A stretch of 62,701 bases of DNA, filler included. It is 5 parts of 5 records of this genome, joined end to end, with 100 filler letters (N's around TTAATTAATTAA, not from the genome) between each part and the next. Parts side by side here need not be neighbours in the genome. Positions count along the whole stretch, not along the records: positions 1 to 16,265 come from SRR20825010_1484; positions 16,366 to 33,321 come from SRR20825010_1485; 3 more parts are not named here. One strand, given 5' to 3'. Positions 10,798-20,984 of this stretch are shown one piece after another. The notes beneath the pieces were generated by a model. The model was given only the letters and a program-made list of their open reading frames with translations. It ran no database searches and was not told the origin of the DNA. How positions within the stretch are numbered: position 1 is the first letter of the stretch; every line of letters starts with the position of its first letter. The position numbers and the translations under genes are program-made.

Positions 10798-12027
10798 ATG
10801 AAAATTAATAAAGTAAGTATATACACACTTTTTTTGGCAACAACATTTACGTTTACAACGAGTTGTAAAGAGCAAAAAAAGGAAAACACCAATGAAGAAA
10901 CAACTCAGGAATTAGCTGTAGATAGTACAAAAAAATGGTCGGAACGCATGGCGCTTTCCATTATTCATAGAAATCCTGAAGCTTGGCAAATTGATCATGC
11001 TAAAAGACCAAAATGGGATTATGTGCATGGCTTAGTTTCTCTTTCTATGCAGGCTTTGTATAAAGAAACATCTAATGATATTTATTACGATTATGCCAAG
11101 CAATATGCTGACGAATTAATAGATAGCACTGGAAAAATAATAAACTATGATTTGCAGAAGTATAACATAGACATGATTAATGCAGGAAAAATCTTATTCG
11201 ATTTATATGCTAAAACGGAGGATGAAAGATATCGGATTGCTATGGACACCCTTCGTTTACAACTTAAAGGGCAGCCAAGAACAAAGTCTGGTGGGTTTTG
11301 GCACAAAAAAAGATATCCAAACCAAATGTGGCTAGATGGTTTATATATGGGAGCTCCTTTTTATGCTGAATACACTACTACTTTTGAAGATGGAAAAGCA
11401 TTGGATGATATAGCAAAGCAATTTGAACTCATCCAAAAGAATGCCAAAGACAACGAAACAGGCTTGCTGTACCACGGATGGGATGAAAGTAGGGAAATGG
11501 AATGGGCTAACAAAAAAACGGGTACTTCTCCAAACTTTTGGTCGCGTTCCTTAGGATGGTATGGAATGGCGCTGGTAGATGTTTTAGATTTCTACCCAGA
11601 AGAACATCCAAAGAAAAAAGAACTTATAGAGTACCTAAATGAACTAGCAGTTGCTGTTGTTAAAGTTCAAGATAAAACTGGATTATGGTATCAAGTTACA
11701 AACATGGGAGACCGAGAAGGAAACTACTTAGAAGCTTCTGGTACTGCCATGCTTACCTATATGCTTGCAAAAGGTGTTAATAAAGGGTATTTACCTAAAA
11801 GCTTCCAAAAAAATGCTGATTTAGGGTTTAACGGACTCACAGAAAAACTAATTAAAGTTGATGAGAAAGGTGTTGTTACTATTACAGAAGTTTGTGCTGT
11901 TGCTGGCTTGGGTGGGAACCCGTACAGAGATGGCTCTTATGAATATTATATCAACGAAACAAAAAAAGATAACGACCCTAAAGCCACTGGTCCCTTTATA
12001 TTGGCGGCAATAGAACTAAATAAATAA
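10798..12027 (+). CDS. GH105 (GH88-related) unsaturated rhamnogalacturonyl hydrolase, lipoprotein
   Basis: WDYVHG, GFWHKKRYPNQMWLDGLYM, FWSRSLGW and EASGTAM. Confidence 0.9.
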   Translation: MKINKVSIYTLFLATTFTFTTSCKEQKKENTNEETTQELAVDSTKKWSERMALSIIHRNPEAWQIDHAKRPKWDYVHGLVSLSMQALYKETSNDIYYDYAKQYADELIDSTGKIINYDLQKYNIDMINAGKILFDLYAKTEDERYRIAMDTLRLQLKGQPRTKSGGFWHKKRYPNQMWLDGLYMGAPFYAEYTTTFEDGKALDDIAKQFELIQKNAKDNETGLLYHGWDESREMEWANKKTGTSPNFWSRSLGWYGMALVDVLDFYPEEHPKKKELIEYLNELAVAVVKVQDKTGLWYQVTNMGDREGNYLEASGTAMLTYMLAKGVNKGYLPKSFQKNADLGFNGLTEKLIKVDEKGVVTITEVCAVAGLGGNPYRDGSYEYYINETKKDNDPKATGPFILAAIELNK

Positions 12028-12028
12028 A

Positions 12029-13033
12029 ATGAAACAACAAATTCATTATACAATTTTACTCTCATTGTTTTTTTGTTTACTATTAAAAGCACACGCATTA
12101 CCTAAAAATGATGTGTGCTTTTTTAATGATTTTGATATGATTGTTGCTAAAGATGGGAGCGGAGATTATACTTCCATCCAAGAGGCTATAAACAATACAA
12201 AATCGTATCCTTATGATAAAATAACAATTTTTGTCAAAAAAGGAGTTTATAATGAGAAAGTAAAGATTTATCAATGGAATCCAAAGGTTACCTTAATTGG
12301 AGAAAATAAAGAAAATACCATTATTAGTTTTAACGATTACTTTGACGGAATTAACCTTGGTAGAAATAGTACTTTTCATACTCCTACCCTACAGATTAAT
12401 GGAAACGACTGTACTATAAAGAACTTAACTATTGAAAATACTGCGGGTAAAGTTGGGCAAGCTATTGCATTAACGGTTAACGCAAATCGTGTTCTCATTG
12501 AAAATTGCAATATAAAAGGGAATCAAGATACCGTATTCCTTTCTGGAGAAGGTTTTAAACAATACTTTAAAAACTGTTATATTGAAGGAACCACCGATTT
12601 TATTTTCGGACAAGCAACAGCCGTTTTTGAAGACTGTACTATTCACTCAAAATCCGATTCTTATATTACAGCAGCTTCTACAGACAAAAATACTAAATAC
12701 GGTTTTGTTTTTATTAATTGTAAACTTACTGCAGATAAAGATGTTACTAAGGTTTATCTAGGAAGACCATGGCGAATCTATGCTAAAACTGTTTTTTTAA
12801 ATTGTACTATGGGAAGCCACATTTTACCTATAAGATGGCACGATTGGAATAAAAATGAGAGTCACAAAAATAGTTTTTATGCTGAATACCAAACAAAAGG
12901 AGCTTCGGCTTCCAGTAAAGATCGTGTTAAATGGTCTCATTTATTAACCTCCTCGGAAGCTAAAAACTATACATTAGAAAGCATTTTAAAGGACAGAAAC
13001 AGTATTCAGCCTTGGTACACTACTAATAAATAA
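12029..13033 (+). CDS. Pectin methylesterase (CE8)
   Basis: VAKDGSGDY, GQAIAL, GNQDT, IEGTTDFIFG and YLGRPW. Confidence 0.93.
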   Translation: MKQQIHYTILLSLFFCLLLKAHALPKNDVCFFNDFDMIVAKDGSGDYTSIQEAINNTKSYPYDKITIFVKKGVYNEKVKIYQWNPKVTLIGENKENTIISFNDYFDGINLGRNSTFHTPTLQINGNDCTIKNLTIENTAGKVGQAIALTVNANRVLIENCNIKGNQDTVFLSGEGFKQYFKNCYIEGTTDFIFGQATAVFEDCTIHSKSDSYITAASTDKNTKYGFVFINCKLTADKDVTKVYLGRPWRIYAKTVFLNCTMGSHILPIRWHDWNKNESHKNSFYAEYQTKGASASSKDRVKWSHLLTSSEAKNYTLESILKDRNSIQPWYTTNK

Positions 13034-13140
13034 TAGAAATTATAATATGAAACATCCATCCAAGTCTAATTTATAGATACATAACTAAATAATTATTTGG
13101 ATGTTCCATATGGCTATTAACAAACAATAAAAATAAACAT

Positions 13141-13875
13141 ATGAAACTCAAATTATTCCTCATAGCACTTTCTTTTACCTTTAGTATAAACGCACAAGAT
13201 ATTACAATTTATACCATAGGAGATTCTACTATGGCCGATAAAAAAGACCCAGAAAACAATCCAGAACACGGATGGGCACAAGTATTACCCAATTATTTTA
13301 AAGATAATGTAACCATAATAAATAAAGCAGTTAATGGGAGAAGTTCTCGTAGTTTTATTACTGAAGGAAGATGGGACTCTATTTACAAAAAACTTGAACC
13401 TGGAAACTATGTTTTTATACAATTTGGGCATAACGACCAAAAAGTAAAAGATCCATCTCGTTACACCAATCCACATACAGCTTATAGACATAATTTAATA
13501 AAATTTATTAAAGAAAGTAGAGAGAAAGGCGCTATTCCAATTCTTTTCTCTTCTATTGTAAGACGTAATTTTAATGAAGAAGGAACCTTAGTAGACACTC
13601 ATGGAGAATACCCATTAGAAGCTCGTTTAGTGGCACAGGAGCAAGAAGTTACTTTTATAGACCTTCAGTATTTAACAGAACAATTGGAAGAATCTTATGG
13701 TTTGGAAGAATCAAAGAAACTACATCTGCATTTTGAACCTCGAGAAATTGCTTACTATCCAAAAGGCAAACACGACGATACCCACCTCTCTAATAAAGGT
13801 GCAAATGAAGTATCAAAACTTTTTATAAAAGAGTTACAGAAACAAAATAATGAGTTAGCAACTTATTTAAAGTAA
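13141..13875 (+). CDS. Rhamnogalacturonan/pectin acetylesterase (CE12, SGNH fold)
   Basis: GDST, GRSSRSF, QFGHND and DDTH. Confidence 0.92.
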   Translation: MKLKLFLIALSFTFSINAQDITIYTIGDSTMADKKDPENNPEHGWAQVLPNYFKDNVTIINKAVNGRSSRSFITEGRWDSIYKKLEPGNYVFIQFGHNDQKVKDPSRYTNPHTAYRHNLIKFIKESREKGAIPILFSSIVRRNFNEEGTLVDTHGEYPLEARLVAQEQEVTFIDLQYLTEQLEESYGLEESKKLHLHFEPREIAYYPKGKHDDTHLSNKGANEVSKLFIKELQKQNNELATYLK

Positions 13876-14036
13876 GGAATTTCTATTTTAAAAGGCATAC
13901 AGAAATTGAGTATTTTAACTAAAAGTTTTTAACCACAAATTCAAATACATACCCTTTATTCCATACATAAGATGCTACTAGCGCAGAAAAAAATGAGATT
14001 TATATCTCTAATTTGTGACTAGAATTACTAAACCAT

Positions 14037-14067
14037 AAAAAAAGCACCGTAATTACGGTGCTTTTTT
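14037..14067. terminator. Bidirectional intrinsic terminator
   Basis: A7-GCACCGT-AATT-ACGGTGC-T6 between convergent genes. Confidence 0.85.
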
Positions 14068-14087
14068 ATACAGTATTGAAAGATTTT

Positions 14088-15359
14088 TTATTGCTCTAAA
14101 GTAGCAAGTTTATCTTTCATTGCTTTATATTTTTCTGGCTCTCCAATTGTACCATAGATGTTCATAAGTGTTCTTACAGCATCTATATTATCTGGATTTA
14201 CAGTAAGTAATTTTTCAAGATAAGGAACTGCAGATTTGTATAAACCTTCACGTTGAGCTTTTAACTCATCATAACGTTTGTTATCTGTAGAAGAATTCCC
14301 TAATCCATTCATTTCTTCAACAATTGATTTCTCATCAGAAAGAATTAAAGAAGCCATGTTTAAATAAACATTTTCATTTTCTGGATCCAATTCTAAAGCT
14401 TTTTCATAATATTCTTTAGCTTTTTCTTTATTTCCTTGTTCAGCAAGAATAACTCCTAAGTTGTAGTATAATGTAGGGTTATTAGGATCTTTTTGAATAG
14501 CTTCTTCCATTAAAGATTGGAACTTAGCTTTGTCTCCCATTTTGATATACATATTTGCTTCTGTAAGCAATAAGTTCATATCATCTGGATTAGCAGCACG
14601 CGCTTCTTTAATTGCAGCAGCAGCTTTATCTGTTTCTCCTTTTTCGTTATAAATTAAAGCTATATTTTTAACGATTTCTGGCATTCTAGATTCAGTTTTC
14701 TCCTCCGTAGGGTCTGAATATCCTCCAGTTTTAATCATTAAATCACGGTTTTGTTCAGAACCAAGATTTTCAACTTCTCCTGTTTCTTTATTTACCGCCA
14801 AATAAGAAGTAGATTCTCCTGTATATCCAGAATCTTTTAATTGCTCATAATATGTTAAAGCATTATCAAAATCTCCTCCGTTTACAGCACTAGATGCAGC
14901 AAAATAAAGATAATCTTCATTTCCAGTCATTTCATATGCCATATGCAGTTTATTTGCTGCACCAGCAAAATTCTCATTTTTATTATCTTCAACAGCAGCA
15001 TTAACTACGTCTCCAGATAATTTTTCAAGAATTTCTTTTGCTTCATCGGTATACTTTGTTTTGTACCCTTTTTCAAATTCTATAAGTTCATTTAAAGAAC
15101 TTACAGCCTTCTCATAATCGCTGTCTGCGCCTCCTTTTTTAGCAAGGTCTGCATATGTTTTTCCTGTTAGAAAATAATATTCTGCTTTGTATTTGTCATC
15201 AGCAGATTCTATACTAGATGATAAACTTTCTAAAGTACTCTTTGCTTCTGCAGCACTTCCTTTATCTAAGGCTTTTTCAGCATCTCTAAGTTCGCTTTTC
15301 TGCCCTATAGCAAAAGAAGATACTAATATTGCAGATGCTAATAAAACTTGTTTTTTCAT
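14088..15359 (-). CDS. Secreted tetratricopeptide-repeat protein
   Basis: Signal peptide and TPR units (DPNNPTLYYNLGVILAEQG..KALELDP); downstream of gyrA as is usual in Bacteroidota. Confidence 0.85.
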   Translation of the reverse strand: MKKQVLLASAILVSSFAIGQKSELRDAEKALDKGSAAEAKSTLESLSSSIESADDKYKAEYYFLTGKTYADLAKKGGADSDYEKAVSSLNELIEFEKGYKTKYTDEAKEILEKLSGDVVNAAVEDNKNENFAGAANKLHMAYEMTGNEDYLYFAASSAVNGGDFDNALTYYEQLKDSGYTGESTSYLAVNKETGEVENLGSEQNRDLMIKTGGYSDPTEEKTESRMPEIVKNIALIYNEKGETDKAAAAIKEARAANPDDMNLLLTEANMYIKMGDKAKFQSLMEEAIQKDPNNPTLYYNLGVILAEQGNKEKAKEYYEKALELDPENENVYLNMASLILSDEKSIVEEMNGLGNSSTDNKRYDELKAQREGLYKSAVPYLEKLLTVNPDNIDAVRTLMNIYGTIGEPEKYKAMKDKLATLEQ

Positions 15360-15384
15360 TGTTATAAATAATTTGTGTTAAGTA

Positions 15385-16265
15385 TTATTCGTTATTATTT
15401 GGTTCCGTATCAGAATCGTTTTGTTCAATATCTGTGCCATCTTCAATAACATCGATATTTTCAACATCGTCAATTTCATCTTCTTCCTTCATCACTTTTG
15501 CAACTGCTGCAATAGAATCATTCTTAAGATTTATCAACTTAACTCCTTGTGTAGCTCGTCCCATAACTCTTAAATCCTCAATTGCCATTCGGATAGCAAC
15601 TCCAGATTTAGTAATAATCATTAGGTCGTCTTCATCAGAAACATTTTTAATAGCTACTAATGCACCCGTTTTTTCGGTAATAGACATTGTTTTAACCCCT
15701 TTACCTCCACGGTTTGTAATACGGTAAACTGCTTCTCCATCTTCTGGATCGTCTAGGTAAGTACGTTTTCCATAACCTTTTTCTGAAACCACTAATATGT
15801 TTTCTTCCAAGTTATGAACAGAAACCATTCCTACTACCTCATCATTATCGTCTGCTAAAGTAATCCCTCTAACCCCAGAAGCATTTCTTCCCATTGGGCG
15901 GGTTTTACCTTCTTCAAAACGAATAGCCTTACCAGATTTAACAGCTAATAGTATTTGACTGTTTCCTGTTGTTAATTTAGCCTCTAAAAGCTCATCCCCA
16001 TCTCGAACCGTAATGGCATTAATACCATTTTGACGTGGACGTGAATATTGTTCTAAAGAAGTTTTCTTAACAACACCTTTTTTGGTTGCCATTATGACAA
16101 AATGACTGTTTATGTACTCTTCATCTTTTAAATCTTTTGTGCAAATAAAGGCTTTCACCTTATCGTCTTGCTCTATATTTATTAGATTTTGAATAGCTCT
16201 TCCTTTAGAAGTTTTACTTCCTTCTGGAATTTCATAAACACGCATCCAGAAACATTTTCCTTTTT
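15385..16265 (-). CDS. gyrA: DNA gyrase subunit A, C-terminal part (5' end lost at contig edge)
   Basis: Beta-pinwheel repeats (RPMGRNASGVRGI, NRGGKGVK, MGRATQGVKLI) and an acidic tail; frame open to the gap. Confidence 0.95.
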
Positions 16266-16365
16266 NNNNNNNNNNNNNNNNNNNNNNNNNNNNNNNNNNN
16301 NNNNNNNNNTTAATTAATTAANNNNNNNNNNNNNNNNNNNNNNNNNNNNNNNNNNNNNNNNNNNN
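16266..16365. other. Artificial contig spacer
   Basis: 100-nt N run containing TTAATTAATTAA. Confidence 0.99.
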
Positions 16366-16440
16366 GCGGCAATGGCAAAAAGGTGGAAAGTAAGCGAAAC
16401 CTGTACACGAAGGTATTAAACTCCTTCTTTATAGAACCAA

Positions 16441-16466
16441 GAAGCCCCGACAAATGCCGAGGCTTC
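16441..16466. terminator. Probable terminator hairpin
   Basis: GAAGCCCCG..CGAGGCTTC imperfect stem just beyond the stop of 16490-17929. Confidence 0.5.
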
Positions 16467-16489
16467 ATTTCAATTAATAAAATCAGTGA

Positions 16490-17929
16490 TTACTTTTTCG
16501 TATTTCTCAATTTAACTTGTGTTAGAATAGCATCCACGTGAATTTGTTTCACTTGTTCTTTGCTCAATCCTTTCAGCTTACCAACATATCCATTAAACAC
16601 ATGGCTAATTTGAAGAGGAGAACTACCTGTTGAGGCTTTTGTAGTATGACAAGAGAAGCAATTCGCAAGGTTAGTTACTTTGAGTTCGTGGATCGGAGGA
16701 ACAGGATTAAAGCCTGCCTGAACGTATGTCTCCATCGTAATGTTGTATGCAGCAACAGAACCCCTTGCAAGAGCACCAGGCTGTACGTTCGCAATGCCGT
16801 AACCAAGTGAATCCAACAATTGCGCTTGTGCAGTTGTTCCTTTGTAACCTTCAGTGTCAATCCAAATAGAACCATTGTAAAAATAGTTGTTCCAAATTCC
16901 CGTAAGTTGACTTTTTACGCTCGCATTGATCATGCTAATATTGGTGAAGTTCTGCCAGCCAGTTTGACTTGTTTCCATGTATTTCTGCACATTGAATTTT
17001 CCTTCAGTTTCCTTCTGAACAGGAACCCCGAATTTGTACAAAGAGAAGACATTTGTGTTAATACCATTCTTTGAGGAAATGTTCGTAACTGTTGCACTGT
17101 CATCTTTGCTGAAAAATGGATAGTTTACTGCGCTCTTAACCGTTACATCAGTAGTTGGAGTGGCTTTGCTCCAATCGTAACTCGGGGCCAAATTAGTATG
17201 CTCAAATGTTGCCCAAACAAATTCAGGATGATTTTCAACGATTCCAACAACGTGCATTCCTAAAAGCGCAACTCTGGCTTTTACACCTCTAATCATTCCA
17301 TCAGTTACAAAATACGCCGAAGAATCAGCACCTAATGCAGTCGCATCTAACCATGATGTTTTCAATTCCAATGATCCCACAGGAAACGTTACGTCTTTGA
17401 TACTGGCAGGATTTGCTTTCGCTCTAGGGCCATATTTCAAAATGGTATTGTAAAGAGAATCATTCACAAAGATGGAGTAATAAACCGTATGAGATTTACC
17501 ATTCTTACCTGGAGTCTTTAGAATATCAATTTTACTACTTGCCTGTGCTGTATCAACCAGAATGATTCCTCTGCCAGAAGGAATTGTGTCTCCAAGAGTT
17601 GTAACTTGTTTTAAGGTGTTCATAAACAATGGCTTCCCATTTTCTTGCTCATTCGTTAACCAAAGAAACTTTTGCCAAGACCATTGATGAAAATTACAAT
17701 TAGTGACAGTTTTGTTGTTTGCAAAAGGACTGTCCAAACCTTCTTTTGGAGCTGGTGTTTTACGAGTTCCACCAACCATTGCGAACCATTCAGCTGGAGC
17801 GAGACACTCAGTTGAATCTTGGTCGGTGTATTCTACTTCAGTGACTTCTTCAATGACTTCTCCTTTGTTTTCACATGCGAAGATCGAAGCAAATCCGAGC
17901 AAGATGAGTAGTTGTTTTGTACGTTTCAT
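16490..17929 (-). CDS. Uncharacterised lipoprotein with a C-terminal CxxCH (putative c-type haem protein)
   Basis: Lipobox IFAC; motifs WSWQKF, ELKTSW, LLGMHV, WATFEH, NITMETY and CFSCH. Confidence 0.7.
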   Translation of the reverse strand: MKRTKQLLILLGFASIFACENKGEVIEEVTEVEYTDQDSTECLAPAEWFAMVGGTRKTPAPKEGLDSPFANNKTVTNCNFHQWSWQKFLWLTNEQENGKPLFMNTLKQVTTLGDTIPSGRGIILVDTAQASSKIDILKTPGKNGKSHTVYYSIFVNDSLYNTILKYGPRAKANPASIKDVTFPVGSLELKTSWLDATALGADSSAYFVTDGMIRGVKARVALLGMHVVGIVENHPEFVWATFEHTNLAPSYDWSKATPTTDVTVKSAVNYPFFSKDDSATVTNISSKNGINTNVFSLYKFGVPVQKETEGKFNVQKYMETSQTGWQNFTNISMINASVKSQLTGIWNNYFYNGSIWIDTEGYKGTTAQAQLLDSLGYGIANVQPGALARGSVAAYNITMETYVQAGFNPVPPIHELKVTNLANCFSCHTTKASTGSSPLQISHVFNGYVGKLKGLSKEQVKQIHVDAILTQVKLRNTKK

Positions 17930-18113
17930 AATTTTTGTAGTTAGTTTATCAAAAGACGAAATCGTCCCAGCATGTAGGTTGTTTTCATCAGTAAAGCGAA
18001 TTTCTGTTGTTTTTTTTGGTTTGACAAGGGTGAAAACACCTGAATTCTAGCCGATTGATCGAGCGATAATTGGAGGTTTAAGTCGATTTCAGTATGAATA
18101 ATTATGATTGTTC

Positions 18114-18185
18114 GTGGGTTTCGAGAGCCTCAACCCACTCCCGATTTTATTTAATGTTGATGTTCCCTCGAATTTGTAATCCGAG
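18114..18185. repeat. Two REP-like hairpins
   Basis: GTGGGTT-TCGAGAGCCTC-AACCCAC (18114-18138) and CTCGAATTTGTAATCCGAG (18167-18185) in intergenic DNA. Confidence 0.45.
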
Positions 18186-18234
18186 AATAACATTCCAAGA
18201 ACAAAAACATCTTTAGTTTTATTCCAAACAGAAC

Positions 18235-19788
18235 TTACAACGGAAGACTAATTCTGAAAGTTGTTCCTTTGCCGATATGTGATTCTAAGACATAAACTTC
18301 GCCTTTGTGATATTCTTTGATGATGCGCTTCACTAATGAAAGACCGAGTCCCCAACCGCGTTTTTTTGTTGAAAATCCTGGCTGAAAAATAGTCTTCAAT
18401 TGTTTAGGAGGAATCCCTTTTCCAGTATCGCTAATGTCGATGTGAACCCATTCAGGAACGCTCTTGATCGAAACTTTTAGTTCGCCTTGACCTTCCATTG
18501 CGTCGACCGCATTTTTACAAATGTTTTCAATCACCCATTCAATTAAAGAAGCATTGTGGCGTGTGACAATTTCTTCTGGAGCATCCATCGTAAAGATTAC
18601 TTTGTCCGAAATCCGTGGACGCAAATAAGTCACAACACTTAACACAGTTGCACAAACGTCCGACTTATCTAAAACAATTCCAGAGCCAATTTTTGAAAAA
18701 CGATCCGTCACTTTTTCGAGTCGGTCAACATCTTTTTGCATTTCGATCGTTACCATCGGATCAACTCCTTGAACTTCGAGTAATTGCACCCACGCCATGA
18801 GCGAAGAAAGAGGAGTTCCCAATTGATGCGCCGTTTCCTTTGCCATTCCAGCCCAAACTTGATTTTGCTCGGCTTTTCTGAAGGTGCTGAAGATGAGGTA
18901 ACCGATAATTGCGAAAAGTCCAATAACCAAAAACTGGATGTATGGAAAATACTGGAGTTGTTTTAACTCTGGACTATCATCATAATACAGTACATATTGT
19001 TGATTGCCAAGATACTCGATTGTAATCGGAGTGTTGGTCTGTTTCATTGAGGTCAATGTTTGTGCCAACGCTACATCGGTAGTATCTAAATTGGGAATAT
19101 TTGTTCGTAGAATAGCATTTGTTTTTGCGTCAATGAGAATGAGTGGTGCCGTTCCTTTATTCGAAATTAGATCGTTGTTAAAGGACTGAATCAACGAATC
19201 TCGTTCATATTCAAGTCGAGTAATTTCCTTTGAATCATTGTAAATGTATGTCATGAAGAAATCCTCGAAAATTTCAACGGTGAAAGCAGGATTCTTTTTC
19301 TCCCAAATTTCAGAAAGAGACACAAGCGAATCTTCATAGGTTTTAACAAGCTCTTTTGGTGATAAATCTGGATAAATCAAACGTAAATCTGTTGTGTCGA
19401 AATCAATGTTTCGCGCACTGGAAAAGGCATGTCGATCATCAACTACGATTACAGGAATGTCCTTGTTTGCTTCAATGATCAACAGAGGGAAATCATAATT
19501 GTGCAGCATGGAAAGATTGGCAGACTTTGAAACTTCCTTAGTTGCCTCAATCCAAACTTCCATTTTTTCTCGTTCCTTATCTCTTAACTGAGAAAAAGTC
19601 ATGTCGGTAAGTTGAACTAACTCAATTTTCTTCTTTGTCGCTTCTGCCCACTGCTGTGCTCTTTCACGTTCACGCTCTCCAACGCGACTAACGATGGTAT
19701 TGGAAAAAAACAGCGACGCACCCACGGTAACCAAGGCGAAGACCAAGAGGACAATTTTCCATTTTTGTTTATTCGAGTATAAGTTCAT
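18235..19788 (-). CDS. Membrane sensor histidine kinase
   Basis: Two TM helices, H-box ETAHQLGTP, N-box ENICKNAVDA and G boxes DTGKGI/GWGLGL; no response regulator adjacent. Confidence 0.93.
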   Translation of the reverse strand: MNLYSNKQKWKIVLLVFALVTVGASLFFSNTIVSRVGERERERAQQWAEATKKKIELVQLTDMTFSQLRDKEREKMEVWIEATKEVSKSANLSMLHNYDFPLLIIEANKDIPVIVVDDRHAFSSARNIDFDTTDLRLIYPDLSPKELVKTYEDSLVSLSEIWEKKNPAFTVEIFEDFFMTYIYNDSKEITRLEYERDSLIQSFNNDLISNKGTAPLILIDAKTNAILRTNIPNLDTTDVALAQTLTSMKQTNTPITIEYLGNQQYVLYYDDSPELKQLQYFPYIQFLVIGLFAIIGYLIFSTFRKAEQNQVWAGMAKETAHQLGTPLSSLMAWVQLLEVQGVDPMVTIEMQKDVDRLEKVTDRFSKIGSGIVLDKSDVCATVLSVVTYLRPRISDKVIFTMDAPEEIVTRHNASLIEWVIENICKNAVDAMEGQGELKVSIKSVPEWVHIDISDTGKGIPPKQLKTIFQPGFSTKKRGWGLGLSLVKRIIKEYHKGEVYVLESHIGKGTTFRISLPL

Positions 19789-19837
19789 TTCTCCAACTAA
19801 GTTAACGAGAATATTGAATGAAAAGTATACGGTTGCT

Positions 19838-20938
19838 TTAACCGACTATACCAAGGGATTTCTCCACAGATTCGCACACCAAATGATGATCGAAATGATG
19901 CGCTAATTGTTGTAATGTATCAGATTCAAATTTCTGATTTTTTGAAAGGATCTCGTCGATTTTTCGTGCGAGATCATCTGCATTCATCGATTCGAAGAGC
20001 ACTCCTCCTCTTTCTTCCGATAGAATTTCCGGAGTTCCGCCAGCATTGCTTCCTAATACGGGCGTTCCACTTGCAAGAGACTCAATGGTTACCATTCCAA
20101 CAGTCTCTGCTTTAGTTGCCATTACTATCCAGTCCATTGCACGATAGAAAGTAACAATGTCTGATCGATAAGGACGAATATGGACACGACCTTTCTGCTT
20201 TTCTGCAATAAAGCTCATTTGTGAAAAATAATCTTCTCCTTCGTTTTTAGTGGGTTCACCGAGTAAAACAACCGAAAAATCAGTGCTATTGCATTTTTCA
20301 ATCGCTTGCAAAAGCAGAAGTTGTCCTTTTTGCGGATCAAATCGACCGATAAGTCCAAACAGGATTCCTTCTAGAGGAAGATCAAGTGTTTTTCGAGCAT
20401 CCGACTGGGATAATTCTACCTGAAAATCGGATAAATCGATTCCAGAAGGAATGGTAACGAGTTCATTTTTGAAATGTGTCATGGTTTTCACTTGATCATG
20501 CAGCCAATTCAGCGGACACGACCACAGATCAATATATTTAAAGCGAATGGAATGACTCAGGCCTGTTTTTTTAACACCCAATTGCATTTCCATGAAGTAG
20601 GAAGTATGAATTTTCTCCTTCAGTTTTCGTTTCACGGTGGCAGTAATGCTCATGTCACGAGTAGACCTAATTAACAAGTGACTAATTTCATTTTCCTCTA
20701 GAATCAAGACTAGATTCCGCGCCGCTTTGAAATCGTAGTATTTTTTGTAGACGGGAAAATGCTGAAAAGGGAGTTGCAGCGATTTTGCATAATCATGGTA
20801 AGGACTATTTTCAATCCCGATTACAAGAATCTCATGTCCCCGATCAAGCATCCATTTAGCATTTCGCAAATGATTCATTTCAAGTCCACCCCAACTTGTG
20901 GAACTACACAGATATGCTAATTTTCTTTTCACCTGCAT
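19838..20938 (-). CDS. Glycosyltransferase family 4
   Basis: WGGLE, GRFDPQKG and ETVGMVTIESLASGTPV. Confidence 0.9.
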   Translation of the reverse strand: MQVKRKLAYLCSSTSWGGLEMNHLRNAKWMLDRGHEILVIGIENSPYHDYAKSLQLPFQHFPVYKKYYDFKAARNLVLILEENEISHLLIRSTRDMSITATVKRKLKEKIHTSYFMEMQLGVKKTGLSHSIRFKYIDLWSCPLNWLHDQVKTMTHFKNELVTIPSGIDLSDFQVELSQSDARKTLDLPLEGILFGLIGRFDPQKGQLLLLQAIEKCNSTDFSVVLLGEPTKNEGEDYFSQMSFIAEKQKGRVHIRPYRSDIVTFYRAMDWIVMATKAETVGMVTIESLASGTPVLGSNAGGTPEILSEERGGVLFESMNADDLARKIDEILSKNQKFESDTLQQLAHHFDHHLVCESVEKSLGIVG

Positions 20939-20984
20939 AAAATTAAGACTAACTTCGTGGTGTACAAATTGGAATTGCTCAGTT

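Noticed and set aside
16310-16321. TTAATTAATTAA palindrome occurring four times
   Set aside because: Always embedded in N runs; a synthetic all-frame stop linker
17950-17990. Possible ECF promoter (CAAC...CGTC) on the minus strand before the CxxCH lipoprotein
   Set aside because: Spacing of about 19 nt is too long and it does not match the three-copy motif
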